Positions 21,044 to 31,279 of a DNA stretch of 64,000 bases are shown one piece after another; positions within the stretch are counted from its first letter, which is position 1; every line of letters starts with the position of its first letter. Location: contig OZ252244.1 in the NCBI GenBank assembly GCA_965249575.1, positions 1,952,001 to 2,016,000 on the forward strand. The letters run 5' to 3'. Both the position numbers and the translations under genes were made by a program. The DNA comes from Gemmatimonadales bacterium. Lineage in GTDB: Bacteria > Gemmatimonadota > Gemmatimonadetes > Gemmatimonadales > GWC2-71-9. A model generated the notes under the pieces. That model did no database searches, was not told where the DNA came from, and saw only the letters and a list, made by a program, of their open reading frames with translations.

Positions 21044-24000
21044 ATGCCCGAGACTTTGACCGAAAAGCGAAACGAGCGGGGACAACCCCGCTCTCCGGAA
21101 TCGGATGTCCAGTGGAAGCAAGCCGTGTGCGGCATCTGCCCGGCGGGATGTTGGGTGGAGGTTGGCCTTCAGAACGACGAGATAGTCGATATCCGGCAGG
21201 ATACGGGTCATCCGCTCGGGATGATCTGCCGACGCGGCCGGCACGCGCCCGAGATCGTCCACTCCAAGCACCGCCTCAAGCATCCGATGAAACGCGTTGG
21301 TCTCAAGGGATCGCACGATTTCGAGAAGATCTCATGGGACGAGGCCTACGAGCACATTGTCGAGCGGCTGGAAACCATCAAGAGTGAGTCGGGTCCCGAA
21401 GCCGTCGCTATCTACACCGGCCGCGGAGCCTTTGAGCTCTCGCTGTGTGACATGTTCCAGCCGGCGGGGGTCGAAGTTTCTTCGGCCTCGAATGTGCTGT
21501 TCCCGTTCGGCTCCCCGAACACGATGGGTGTGGGCGCGTTGTGCTACGTCTCATTCGCCATGATCGCGCCGCACGTGACCCTGGGCCGCATGCTCGTCAA
21601 CATGTTCACGGATATCGAGAACGCGGAGCTTCTGGTGGTGTGGGGCGCCAATCCCGCGACCGACTCTCCGCCGCTCGACATGCATCGTCTCGAGGCGGCG
21701 GCGAAACGGGGTGCCGAGATCTTCGTCATCGATCCACGCCGAACCGAGACCGCAACGCGCACGAACGGGCAGTGGATCCCGCTTCGTCCGGGGACGGATG
21801 CTGCGCTGGCGCTGAGCATGCTCGAGGTCATGATCGATGAGGAGCTGTATGACGAGCCGTTCGCCGAACAATGGTGTCACGGCTTTGGTGAGCTGCAGAA
21901 CTACGTACAGCACTTCCGGCCGGAAGTGGCCGAGGGCATTACGGGGGTGCCTGCCGATACGATCCGGACGCTGGCGCGTCGAATCTGCCGTGCCACGGGT
22001 GCGTGCCCCGTCATGTACACGGGACTCGAGTATTCTAACAGCGGAATCCAGTCCATCAGAGCGGTACTCACATTGTTTGCGCTTGCCGGCCAGCTCGATG
22101 TTCCCGGAGGCATCGGTCTCTCGATGCGGGGAACACACTTCCCCATCAACCGCTCCAGCCATCAGAGCAACCCCGATTTGAATCTCGCCGTCGCCCGTCA
22201 AAAGTTTCCCCTCTACAGCCACTACCGAGGGGAGTCACACGCCTCCGGGCTTGTGAACTCCGTGCTCGAGGGAGATCCGTACCGTATTCGTGGGCTCATA
22301 GTGCACGGAGCGTCGCTGCTCACGTCGTGGCCGCAGACGGCCGTGTGGCGGGACGTGCTGTCGAAACTCGACTTTCTCGTGTGCATCGATCGCCAGCTCA
22401 CCGCCGATTCCGCCTATGCGGATATCGTATTGCCGGCCACTACGATGTTCGAGATCGATTCCTACATGGTGTACGGGCCGATATTCCGCCTGCGCGAGAA
22501 GCTGATCGAGCCGGTTGGCGAAGCCCGCAACGATTACCTGATCATGGCGGAGTTGGCGCGGCGTCTCGGGTACGGCGATCTGTACCCGCAGACCGAAGAG
22601 GCAATGATCCGCAACGCCCTGGACGGTTCGGGCTATTCGCTCGAGGACGTGAAGAAAGCCGGCGGATGGGTGAAGCTGCAAACACCGATGACGCAGTACA
22701 AGAAGTGGGAAAAGGGCGGGCTCCGGGAGGACGGGCAACCCGGCTTCGACACGCCGAGCGGGAAGTTCGAGATTTGGTCCTCGACGCTCGAGGATTACGG
22801 GTACGAGCCACTGCCCAAATACGTGGAGCCCACCGAAGGCCCGTTGGGGAGCCCACAGGTCGCCGAGGCCTTCCCGTTGGTGTTCAACTCAGGCGCTCGG
22901 CCACACACCGATTTTCGATCGCAGCACCACGGCATCGAGGGGCTGACAAAGGACAACCCGGAGCCCACCGTTGAGTTGAACACGCGCGATGCCGCCGAGC
23001 GCGGTATTACCGCGGGCGATCTCGTCGAGGTGCGCACACCGAGGGGAGCGGTCTCGTTTCGGGCGAGAGTGACTGACGACATCGTACAGGGCGCCGTGGA
23101 GTGCAACATGGGTGGCGGGACGCCGGTGGGGCCGAAAGCGTGGCGGGAATGGAACGTCAATGAGCTAACCGACCTCTCGAATCGCGACGAGATCTCGGGC
23201 TTCCCGGTGTACAAGGCGTTGCTGTGTGACGTCGTGCGCAAGGAGGCCGGCACGCCGCAGGCCCGACGCGCTTCAGCCAAGGCCGCCGAGGCGTGTGGTC
23301 CCGTACCGCTCCAGACGGCGAGCCCGGGCAAGAAACCGCGCCGCCGGATCTACCTCGACAACAACTCGACGACGCAAGTCGCTGACGAGGTACGGGAGGC
23401 AATGCAGCCCTTCCTCGATGCGACGCATGGGAACCCCTCGAGCATCCACTCGGTTGGGCGGGAAGCCCGGGAGGGAGTGGAGAAGGCGCGCCGGCAGGTC
23501 GCGGAGCTCATGAACTGCCGTCCCCGTCGAATCCTCTTTACCGGTGGTGGCTCCGAGTCGGACAACCTGGCAATCAAGGGGGTTGCCTTCGCGGGCCGCG
23601 AAAAGGGACGGCACATCGTGACGAGTGCCATAGAGCATCCCGCGGTGCTTCAAACCTGCAGGTTCCTCGAGCGGATGGGCTACGAGGTTACGTACCTCGA
23701 CGTTGATCGGCAGGGGCTCATTAGTGCCGAGCAACTGGATGAGGCCATTCGAGACGACACGATCCTAGTATCGCTGATGATGGCAAATAACGAGGTCGGA
23801 ACCATTCTTCCGATCAAGGAGCTCTGTACGACTGCACGCGCCAAACAGGTCCCTTTCCACACCGACGCGGTCCAGGCCGTCGGGAAAGTCCGGGTCGACG
23901 TGCAAGAGCTGGACGTGGATCTGCTGAGTCTGTCGGGCCACAAGTTCCACGCACCGAAGGGTATCGGCGCGCTGTATATGAGAAAGGGAGTCGAAATCGA

Positions 24001-24499
24001 GCCGCTGATACACGGCGGAAAGCAGGAAAGCGGCCTGCGAGCGGGCACGGAGAACGTTCCGGCCATCGTTGGGTTGGGGATGGCGGCGGAGTTGGCCGGC
24101 CGTTCTCTGCGAGAGTCCGAAGGAATGGGGAAACTGCGGGACAAGCTCGAAGCGGGCATCCGTGCGCTCATCCCTGCGGCTGAGTTAAACGGACACCCAG
24201 ACGACCGGCTGCCCAACACGCTGAACATGACGCTTCCCGGATTGCGCGGGGAATCACTGGTCGTGGCCCTGGACCAGCACGGCATCTCGCTCTCCTCGGG
24301 ATCGGCCTGCAAGTCCGGCTCACCGGATCCCACGCACGTTTTGATGGCGATGAGCAGGACGGCGGAGGAGGCGCATTGCGCCGTGCGTTTCTCGCTGTCG
24401 CACGGTACGACTGCGAGCGACATCGACGAAACGCTATCGATGGTCGGGCGCTTGCTCCAAGAGATGGAAACGACGGTTCGATTCCTACCGTGCAAGTAA
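21044..24499 (+). CDS. bis-MGD molybdo/tungstopterin oxidoreductase fused to an IscS/NifS-type cysteine desulfurase (MES ergothioneine-synthase architecture)
   Basis: GGAGG RBS; CGICPAGC..C 4Fe-4S motif, WGANP, RPGTD, ADIVLPA; then YLDNNSTT, HTDAVQ, SGHKFH (PLP Lys), SSGSAC; ends FLPCK; one uninterrupted frame. Confidence 0.85.
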   Translation: MPETLTEKRNERGQPRSPESDVQWKQAVCGICPAGCWVEVGLQNDEIVDIRQDTGHPLGMICRRGRHAPEIVHSKHRLKHPMKRVGLKGSHDFEKISWDEAYEHIVERLETIKSESGPEAVAIYTGRGAFELSLCDMFQPAGVEVSSASNVLFPFGSPNTMGVGALCYVSFAMIAPHVTLGRMLVNMFTDIENAELLVVWGANPATDSPPLDMHRLEAAAKRGAEIFVIDPRRTETATRTNGQWIPLRPGTDAALALSMLEVMIDEELYDEPFAEQWCHGFGELQNYVQHFRPEVAEGITGVPADTIRTLARRICRATGACPVMYTGLEYSNSGIQSIRAVLTLFALAGQLDVPGGIGLSMRGTHFPINRSSHQSNPDLNLAVARQKFPLYSHYRGESHASGLVNSVLEGDPYRIRGLIVHGASLLTSWPQTAVWRDVLSKLDFLVCIDRQLTADSAYADIVLPATTMFEIDSYMVYGPIFRLREKLIEPVGEARNDYLIMAELARRLGYGDLYPQTEEAMIRNALDGSGYSLEDVKKAGGWVKLQTPMTQYKKWEKGGLREDGQPGFDTPSGKFEIWSSTLEDYGYEPLPKYVEPTEGPLGSPQVAEAFPLVFNSGARPHTDFRSQHHGIEGLTKDNPEPTVELNTRDAAERGITAGDLVEVRTPRGAVSFRARVTDDIVQGAVECNMGGGTPVGPKAWREWNVNELTDLSNRDEISGFPVYKALLCDVVRKEAGTPQARRASAKAAEACGPVPLQTASPGKKPRRRIYLDNNSTTQVADEVREAMQPFLDATHGNPSSIHSVGREAREGVEKARRQVAELMNCRPRRILFTGGGSESDNLAIKGVAFAGREKGRHIVTSAIEHPAVLQTCRFLERMGYEVTYLDVDRQGLISAEQLDEAIRDDTILVSLMMANNEVGTILPIKELCTTARAKQVPFHTDAVQAVGKVRVDVQELDVDLLSLSGHKFHAPKGIGALYMRKGVEIEPLIHGGKQESGLRAGTENVPAIVGLGMAAELAGRSLRESEGMGKLRDKLEAGIRALIPAAELNGHPDDRLPNTLNMTLPGLRGESLVVALDQHGISLSSGSACKSGSPDPTHVLMAMSRTAEEAHCAVRFSLSHGTTASDIDETLSMVGRLLQEMETTVRFLPCK

Positions 24500-24635
24500 T
24501 CCGATCCGCGTTGTCGCAAGCGTCGAGTCGAGTGTTGCGCTGTTCCCACGCTTCGCGGTTCTGAAAGAGGTGCTGGGCGCCGGCCCACTGGAACGGTTCC
24601 TGCCAGGCTAGTCCGTCGGTCTTCTGCATATCCCT

Positions 24636-26129
24636 ATGAGACGTACGGTTGTCACAGATCGGTCGATGCTTCGGGCTCTCGTGCCCTCTCTTTCGGGGAG
24701 CGCACGGTCCGGTGCGCCCGCGTTTCGGATAGCTGTCATCGCCGTGGTCGCGATCGGGCTCGCCGGATGCGGTGACGAGATGCCGACGGGCAACACGGCG
24801 ATCACCCCACCGGCGCCCCCATTGCCGGTCGTTCAATCCATTTCCGTGGATACGGCAGGTGCTTTGGTGCGCAGCCTCGAGTTGACCCTCGACATTCCCG
24901 CCGCCGTCGAGGTGGAGTACTGGACCGATCAGTCTCCAAAGCTCCAGATCGCGAGTGTCCGGGATACCTCACATGAATTGACACTCGGGCAGCTCGTGCC
25001 GGATGCGACATATGAGTTGGTGGCGTGGGCCATCGGTTCGGACAGGAGCCGCGCGGAAATCGCTCGGGACAGTTTTGTTACCGACACCCTGCCCAGCGAC
25101 CTCGCTCAGGTGACGTTCGTCTCGAGCGGCACCTCCACCGCCCCGCTGGTCATGCTCGAGGTGGGGGTCTTCCCAAACGGTTATCTCGGGTTTGTAGCAG
25201 TGAATTCCGTTGGCGCGGTCGTGTCGTATCACTCCACTAGCGGCTTCCCCTGGGGCTGGGACAGGAGGGCAAACGGGAACTTCCTCCTGCTCGATACGGA
25301 CGGCGGTTTGAACGAAGTGAGCCCGAACGGGGACGTGATTGCCAGCCGGCCCCACCTGGGAGGCAAGGTCATCCATCACGACGTGCTCGTGACTCCCGGT
25401 AACACCGTTCTCTTCATGGTCCGCGACACGCGCGAAGTGGCGGACACGTTTTACACGGGGGAGACGATCTTCGAGTGGGTTCCGGAAACCGATGCGCTGG
25501 AGGAGCGCTGGACGGCGTTTGATTTCCTATCCCCGACGGTCGACGTTGGGCCTCGGACGCGAAACAGCGACTGGCTCCACTCCAACTCCCTGTCGTACAG
25601 CCCAAGCGGGGACATCCTCATGTCCCTGATGTTCCTCGACCAGATCATCTCGATCGCGCCCGACTTCCAGTCGCTCAACTGGAGACTGGGCGGGGTCGGG
25701 AACACTTTCACACTGGGAGAAGGCGCGGTTTTCTCGGGGCAGCACACGGCAAAGGAGTTGGATGGTGGTCGTGTCCTCATGTTTGACAATCGCCACGTTC
25801 CAGTCGACAGCATGTTGTACTCGCGAGCGCTCGAGCTGGAGCTCAATCTGACGGATAGTACCGCAACCAAGGTATGGGAGTTTCGGGCTCCCAACGACAA
25901 CTATTCGAAGATCATCAGCTCCGCGCGACGGCTCGCTAATGGCAACACCATGGTCACGTTCGGAGCTGGCGATGGCCTCGTGGGGTCCGTGGGCCCAATC
26001 GAGGTCTACGAGGTGACACGTGGGGGCGACATCGTGTGGAATCTCGTGATCGAGGGAGCGGGATCGGTATACCGCGCGACACCGTTCGGGCACCTGTTTG
26101 GGGAAGTGCCCGTCCCCGACGACGAGTAA
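24636..26129 (+). CDS. aryl-sulfate sulfotransferase (ASST)-like lipoprotein
   Basis: lipobox LAGC; IHHD, WLHSNS, SGQH, FDN, SSARRLANGNT motifs; start codon uncertain. Confidence 0.75.
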   Translation: MRRTVVTDRSMLRALVPSLSGSARSGAPAFRIAVIAVVAIGLAGCGDEMPTGNTAITPPAPPLPVVQSISVDTAGALVRSLELTLDIPAAVEVEYWTDQSPKLQIASVRDTSHELTLGQLVPDATYELVAWAIGSDRSRAEIARDSFVTDTLPSDLAQVTFVSSGTSTAPLVMLEVGVFPNGYLGFVAVNSVGAVVSYHSTSGFPWGWDRRANGNFLLLDTDGGLNEVSPNGDVIASRPHLGGKVIHHDVLVTPGNTVLFMVRDTREVADTFYTGETIFEWVPETDALEERWTAFDFLSPTVDVGPRTRNSDWLHSNSLSYSPSGDILMSLMFLDQIISIAPDFQSLNWRLGGVGNTFTLGEGAVFSGQHTAKELDGGRVLMFDNRHVPVDSMLYSRALELELNLTDSTATKVWEFRAPNDNYSKIISSARRLANGNTMVTFGAGDGLVGSVGPIEVYEVTRGGDIVWNLVIEGAGSVYRATPFGHLFGEVPVPDDE

Positions 26130-26147
26130 AGTCCTGCCGTTACAGTC

Positions 26148-26927
26148 TCATTTTAGTATCGAGACTATCTCCATGCCGCCCGGGAAGCTGACCGTCGATC
26201 GCAGCATGATACGAGAGTCCTTCCCAATCCAGTAAAGCGTCGCCGGGCCGTCGGCGACGGTCCCGCTCTGAACGACCCAGCAGTCGGTTTTCTCTCCTTC
26301 GCGATCGAGCGATTCGGATCCCGTGACGCTAAGGAGAACGAATCGCTCGCCACTCAGGTCGAAAATGGGAACGGCGACCTCGTATCCCTCCCGAAGCGGC
26401 AAGTGGGGCACGAGCAGCTCCAGTGCTGCCCCGTCGAATGGCTCATTGAACAGCTGGGCCGCAATCCGCTGGCGCGAGCTGCCCGGGACGATGAACTCTC
26501 CAACCGGGACTCTCACTTCCGGACGGCTGGAATCGTCAAACGTCCCGGCGACGAAGGACCCCGAATACGTCCACCGCGCGATTACCCGTGGGGTGCGATG
26601 TGAGAAGCTCAGGGGAGCCAGACTGCGGGACCGGATGATGAGTGTGTCCAGCGACTCGCCACCTGGAACCGGCGCTCGTGACACCACCAAATATGCTTCC
26701 TCACCGCCTACGTACGTGCGGGTGACCGCACGCGTGAAATCTCCCCAGTCGGTCCGCTTACCGTCACGGACCAGCGACCGCGTGAGTGTATCTACTCGTT
26801 CCAGAAGCCCAACGTGCACCAACCGTGAATCGCCGGCCCGGATGGTGTCCTGAGTTAGCGGCGATCCGCCAGCGATCACGACGCCGGCCATGAGCCACCC
26901 TAGAGCGAGCAGAGCAACCCCCTCATG
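26148..26927 (-). CDS. exported hypothetical protein (DUF3108-like beta-sheet)
   Basis: probable ATG at ~26927 with an indel in a G run, signal peptide, C-terminal DCWVV...LYWIGKDSR pattern. Confidence 0.5.
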   Translation of the reverse strand, partial: HEGVALLALGWLMAGVVIAGGSPLTQDTIRAGDSRLVHVGLLERVDTLTRSLVRDGKRTDWGDFTRAVTRTYVGGEEAYLVVSRAPVPGGESLDTLIIRSRSLAPLSFSHRTPRVIARWTYSGSFVAGTFDDSSRPEVRVPVGEFIVPGSSRQRIAAQLFNEPFDGAALELLVPHLPLREGYEVAVPIFDLSGERFVLLSVTGSESLDREGEKTDCWVVQSGTVADGPATLYWIGKDSRIMLRSTVSFPGGMEIVSILK

Positions 26928-27153
26928 TCGAAATGACCTCGCCCCGCCCGAAGGACGCCCACCGAATGGGCACTCCTCATTCAAGCTACTCGCCCCATCC
27001 GTCGATTCTACATGAGGGCCCCGGAGTGGGGTTAGGAGATCCAAGAGAAGCGTTCAGAGTCCTCGGCTCGCCAACGGTGACGCAGCGCACAGCCGGCCGG
27101 ACGCCTGAGGGCGTTGTTGCTAGAAACCTCGAATCGAAAGGCGGGTTAATCCC

Positions 27154-27687
27154 GTGAATACGATCAGAGTTGCATGTGCCGGAGCCATTGTGCTTGCGTT
27201 GCTCGCCGTTCCGCGCGTAAACGCCAACGCACAGTGGGCACTCGGCGTGAGCGGAGGTTATGACGCCGACATGGAGGAGTTTCTCGTCGGCGCGAACGCG
27301 AGAATCCAGCTTCCGAAGGCCAGAATCAATGGGGTGCCTCTCGTGTTGAGTCCTGGATTCGAGTTCTATCCCTTCTTCGATCCGACTCCGGGTTCACCAG
27401 CGACCGGAGGTAGTGTCTTCATCGCGAGCTTCGATGGCCACTACACGATTCAAACGCAGGGTGCCGAGCCCTATTTCGGGGCCGGTCTCCACGTGCGGCG
27501 CGTGAGCGTAGAGCTCGGGTCTCCCTTCGGAACCGTTGGCGATACCGATACTGGCCTCAATCTCGTCGGCGGCGCGGTTTTTGGCCGGTCGGGATCCGTC
27601 AGGCCATTCGGGGAAGCAGGGCTGAGGCTCGGCGACGGGGCGACGTTCCTCATCAAAGGCGGGGTGTACTTCCGGATCGGACGGTAG
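27154..27687 (+). CDS. small outer-membrane beta-barrel protein
   Basis: signal peptide ANA-Q; PYFGAGL, GLNLVGG, terminal KGGVYFRIG. Confidence 0.75.
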   Translation: MNTIRVACAGAIVLALLAVPRVNANAQWALGVSGGYDADMEEFLVGANARIQLPKARINGVPLVLSPGFEFYPFFDPTPGSPATGGSVFIASFDGHYTIQTQGAEPYFGAGLHVRRVSVELGSPFGTVGDTDTGLNLVGGAVFGRSGSVRPFGEAGLRLGDGATFLIKGGVYFRIGR

Positions 27688-27817
27688 CCCCGCCCCAATC
27701 CCTCTCGATGGCGGCCGATCACGGCGGCCGAGGGCCGGGGACTCTAGTTCCTCGGCCCTCCTATTTGGGCACGAGTGGCGAAGTAGCGGACCAATGAGGT
27801 TGGGAGCCCCCGCGGTC

Positions 27818-28219
27818 TCACGACTGCCCAATGACATAGAGAAAAACGAAATTGTAGATCCCGGTCAGCAGCGCGAGACACCAGACCAACACCACGTACG
27901 GGCCGGTCTTGGGATGTAGCGCGCGTAGCGGTGCCGCGCGGGATGTCAGTTGCCAGGCAATGCCAGCCAGCGTTGCGATTGCAAAGGCAAGGTGAATCTT
28001 GAAAATGGGAAGCGCCTGGAGCTCGGGTCGGCGCGGGCTGGGATCCATCAGAAAGCTGAACGATATGAAGGTACCGAGCTCAACGACTACCCACGCCACC
28101 ATCAGCGAGGCATGCACCTTGACCTCACCACGCCGCACGCGCGTCGCAGCGTAAATGATCAGCGGCGGACCCAGTATGGCCCAGACGAGGGCGACGAGGG
28201 CCTGTGGTGGTGCGCTCAC
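27818..28219 (-). CDS. four-TM membrane protein (DUF420-like)
   Basis: four hydrophobic helices with His residues (HASLM, IHL, LHPKTG), TGIYNF. Confidence 0.6.
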   Translation of the reverse strand: MSAPPQALVALVWAILGPPLIIYAATRVRRGEVKVHASLMVAWVVVELGTFISFSFLMDPSPRRPELQALPIFKIHLAFAIATLAGIAWQLTSRAAPLRALHPKTGPYVVLVWCLALLTGIYNFVFLYVIGQS

Positions 28220-28258
28220 GGGGGCTGGGGTGGGGGGTTGATCAGTGCGGGTGGCATC

Positions 28259-28783
28259 TCACCTGCGTTCGAAAATCGTGCTCCGTCCCTGCCCATCGAA
28301 CGTAAGGATGTTGTATGGGTCCTTTCTCGGTCCCTCCATACCGGGCGTTCCCATTGGCATGCCGGCAACGGCAAGACCCACAGCGTCCGGACGCTCCCTG
28401 AGAAAGCGCCGCAGCGCGTCGGCCGGTACGTGTCCCTCAACCACATAACCTTCGACGATGGCCGTGTGACATGCTGTGAGCGCGGACGGCACGCCGGCCC
28501 TCACCTTGATTTCCCGCAGATCCGACACGTCGTGAGTGGTGACCGTGAAGCCATTGTCCCGAAGGTGGTCGACCCACTTCGCGCAGCACCCGCACGAGGG
28601 GCTCTTGTACACCGCTATTTCGGGTCCCGCGTCATCGGTTCGGAGCGTGACAGCGCCGGCGACTCCTCCCACGATCAGTACGAGAGCTCCACCCGCTACA
28701 TATCGTTTCCAAGCCGCCCCGGAACTCGCTGAACGATTCCCTGCGTCGCGCGCAGCCGAGCGAGTTCGTGGTGCCTTTGACAT
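28259..28783 (-). CDS. DUF411 (CopG-like) periplasmic metal-binding protein
   Basis: YKSPSCGCCAKW, CHTA, EGHVPA, GMPMGTPGME. Confidence 0.9.
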   Translation of the reverse strand: MSKAPRTRSAARDAGNRSASSGAAWKRYVAGGALVLIVGGVAGAVTLRTDDAGPEIAVYKSPSCGCCAKWVDHLRDNGFTVTTHDVSDLREIKVRAGVPSALTACHTAIVEGYVVEGHVPADALRRFLRERPDAVGLAVAGMPMGTPGMEGPRKDPYNILTFDGQGRSTIFERR

Positions 28784-28946
28784 TTCTCGACCTCAGTGGG
28801 CGCTCGTATTCGGCCCGTTGTGAGCGAACTCCTTACACCGGGTTCAACTTCTCAGGACGGCGCAGAGAAGGGAAGAGGCGGCGCTGGACACGTGGTTGGC
28901 CGAGGGGCAACCTAGGAACCGCTCGAGGCTGGGGAGACCGTGACCT

Positions 28947-30072
28947 TTGGATAACCGAACGGCTGGCCGGATTCGGGTCACCTATGTCCTGAAATGCGCG
29001 GCTGGGGAAGATCCTCTTGCCAAGGCCAGGGACATCGCGTTCGAACAAACCGTCGAGCTCCCACCGGAGTGCGTCGAATCCGATATCGTCGACCGAGTCG
29101 TTGGCCGGGTGGAGGAGATCGAGCCGGTCGGCGGCCGTCGGTGGCGTGCCACGCTCACGTATTCAGCCGACGCCGTGGGACGGGACGTTCTCCAGCTATT
29201 CAACCTTTTGTTCGGGAACATCTCACTCAAGAATGGCGTCCTGGTTACGCGGCTCGAGCTCCCGCCATCCGTGCTGCGATACTTTCTTGGGCCCCGACAC
29301 GGGGTCGAGGGCCTCCGCTCGCTTTGCGCGGTGTCGTCCCGTCGACCGCTTTCCTGTGTCGCGGTCAAGCCGCTGGGATCCTCGGCGGCAGAACTGGCCG
29401 ACCGGTGCGGCGGGTTAGCTCTTGCCGGGATCGACATCGTCAAAGACGATCATGGAATCGCCGACCAACCGCCTGCCCCCTTTTGAGGAGCGTGTATCTC
29501 GCTGCCAGGAAGCGGTTTCGACCGCGAACGACCGTACGGGCGGCGCGACCCTGTATCTCCCCAACATCACGGGCGCTACCGAACTGCTCGAGCGGGCGGA
29601 GTTCGTTCGGTCGCTCGGGTGTAAAGGGGTCCTCGTCAGTCCGCTCTTGGTTGGCTTGGAAGCCGTTCGCCGGCTATCCGAACGATCCGGGTTGGCGATC
29701 ATGGCCCACCCATCGGTTGCCGGTGCGTTCTTTCGCCCGGACCACGGAGTCGCTCCGGAAGTGCTCCTCGGACGGCTCTTTCGGATGGTCGGAAGCGACG
29801 CGGTGATTTTCCCGAATTCCCGCGGCAGATTCCCTTTCTCCCAGCGCACGTGTAGGGCGATCAGCCAGCGTCTCTTGGAGCCCCTCGGATCCATGCGTCC
29901 CGCCTTTCCCGTTCCGGGTGGAGGGATGGAGGTTGATTCTCTCCCACGCTGGATGAGGCTGTACGGTACTGACGCGATCTTCCTCATTGGGAGCAGTCTG
30001 TATTCAGCCCCCGATCTGGAGCGCGCGGCTCGTGGATTCGCGGGACAAATTCGGCGGTTCGACCACCAGTAG
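28947..30072 (+). CDS. RuBisCO-like protein (form IV, KDDH motif); 1-nt frameshift at 29481-29484
   Basis: EQTVE, LFGNISL, GPRHG, KPLG, DIVKDDHG, YLPNITG, IMAHP, PVPGGGM. Confidence 0.85.
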
Positions 30073-30169
30073 GAGCAGGGTCCGCGAAGAACCTCGGGTG
30101 GGGACTGCCTGTTACGAAGTACAGGAGGGGAATCGGATCGACACATCCCTGCTCGAGGAGCGAGGCGCA

Positions 30170-31045
30170 GTGGCACCTGCACGCCGGACCCGAATTGCCC
30201 AGCACTGGTTGCTCTTAGCGGCGACACTGATATTGCTCTGCGGCTCGGTGAACGCGCAAGAAAGGCGGGTGGGGTTGAGAGGCGTCGTAGTGGATTCGGT
30301 CAGCGGAGATCCAGTTGCCGGGGCAACTCTGTCGCTCAACGGTCGGCCGGCCTTGACCGAAACCCGGCGCGATGGATCGTTCGTTTTCACCGCTGTCTCC
30401 GCCCCCGGCGAGCGAATCAGCGTCAGGAAAATCGGTTACGAGCCCATGGAGGCCCCGGTGCAAGCGCCGTCGAGGGATGGTTGGATCGACGTCGGGACGA
30501 TCCACATCTCGCCGATCTCCGCCGCGCTGCCGGCTGTGGTAATCAGAGGTGGAACGCGCGTGCGAGGCGAGATGGCGGGGTTCACCGGGCGTGCCGAAAG
30601 GGGTATTGGGACGTTCTTGTCGAGGGGCGACATCGAGAGGCATCGTTTTCGCCGGAGCTCCGAGATCCTCCGCACGATCCCAGGGCTGATCGTCGAATGC
30701 CGCACGGGGCAGTGTCTCGTGGGGTTCAGCCGAAACCGGCGGCCGGGCGTGCTGGACGGAACCCGCACCCGGTTCGAGACCGACGGGGGGCAGGGCTTGG
30801 GTGGGGATGCCCCGAACGAAGCGTTGTCCAGGGTGCCCAGCGGATCTGCCCCGGGGCGGATCTGCCCGGTTGCGTACTACGTGGACGGCATGCGATTCGA
30901 GGGAAACCTCGGAATTGACGAGTTTCCCCCGGAGGAGATCGAGGCGATCGAGCTGCACAAAGGGCCGGCGACCACGCCAATGAGATTTCGGTCACGCGGC
31001 TCCACGTGTGGCACAATTGTGATCTGGACACGCGCTCCGAACTGA
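30170..31045 (+). CDS. exported protein with carboxypeptidase-regulatory-like domain and TonB-plug-like domain
   Basis: LRGVVVDSVSGDPVAGA..RKIGY; EILRTIPGL; YVDG..EEIEAIELHKG..CGTIVIWT. Confidence 0.75.
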   Translation: MAPARRTRIAQHWLLLAATLILLCGSVNAQERRVGLRGVVVDSVSGDPVAGATLSLNGRPALTETRRDGSFVFTAVSAPGERISVRKIGYEPMEAPVQAPSRDGWIDVGTIHISPISAALPAVVIRGGTRVRGEMAGFTGRAERGIGTFLSRGDIERHRFRRSSEILRTIPGLIVECRTGQCLVGFSRNRRPGVLDGTRTRFETDGGQGLGGDAPNEALSRVPSGSAPGRICPVAYYVDGMRFEGNLGIDEFPPEEIEAIELHKGPATTPMRFRSRGSTCGTIVIWTRAPN

Positions 31046-31279
31046 AACCGGGCGGCGACAGCCCCCGGGGCCGGTGGGGTGGGCGGTCGAAATCGGGCTG
31101 GCGCTGCCAGGTACGCTGTAGTAGATGTTAGGACACGGGCGGAATCGGCTCGAAGCAGCCCGGCTGAATCAGGCCGACACCGTCCCGAAACGCGCGCAAC
31201 ACACGAGCCCCTGTGACGAGCGTTACAGCACCGGGTAAAGTTATATCACATCTTTGCCGACCTTTAGTGCGGCGCCTCT

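Noticed and set aside
28947..30072. true RuBisCO / carbon fixation
   Set aside because: KDDH motif, short length, and no small subunit or phosphoribulokinase: form IV.
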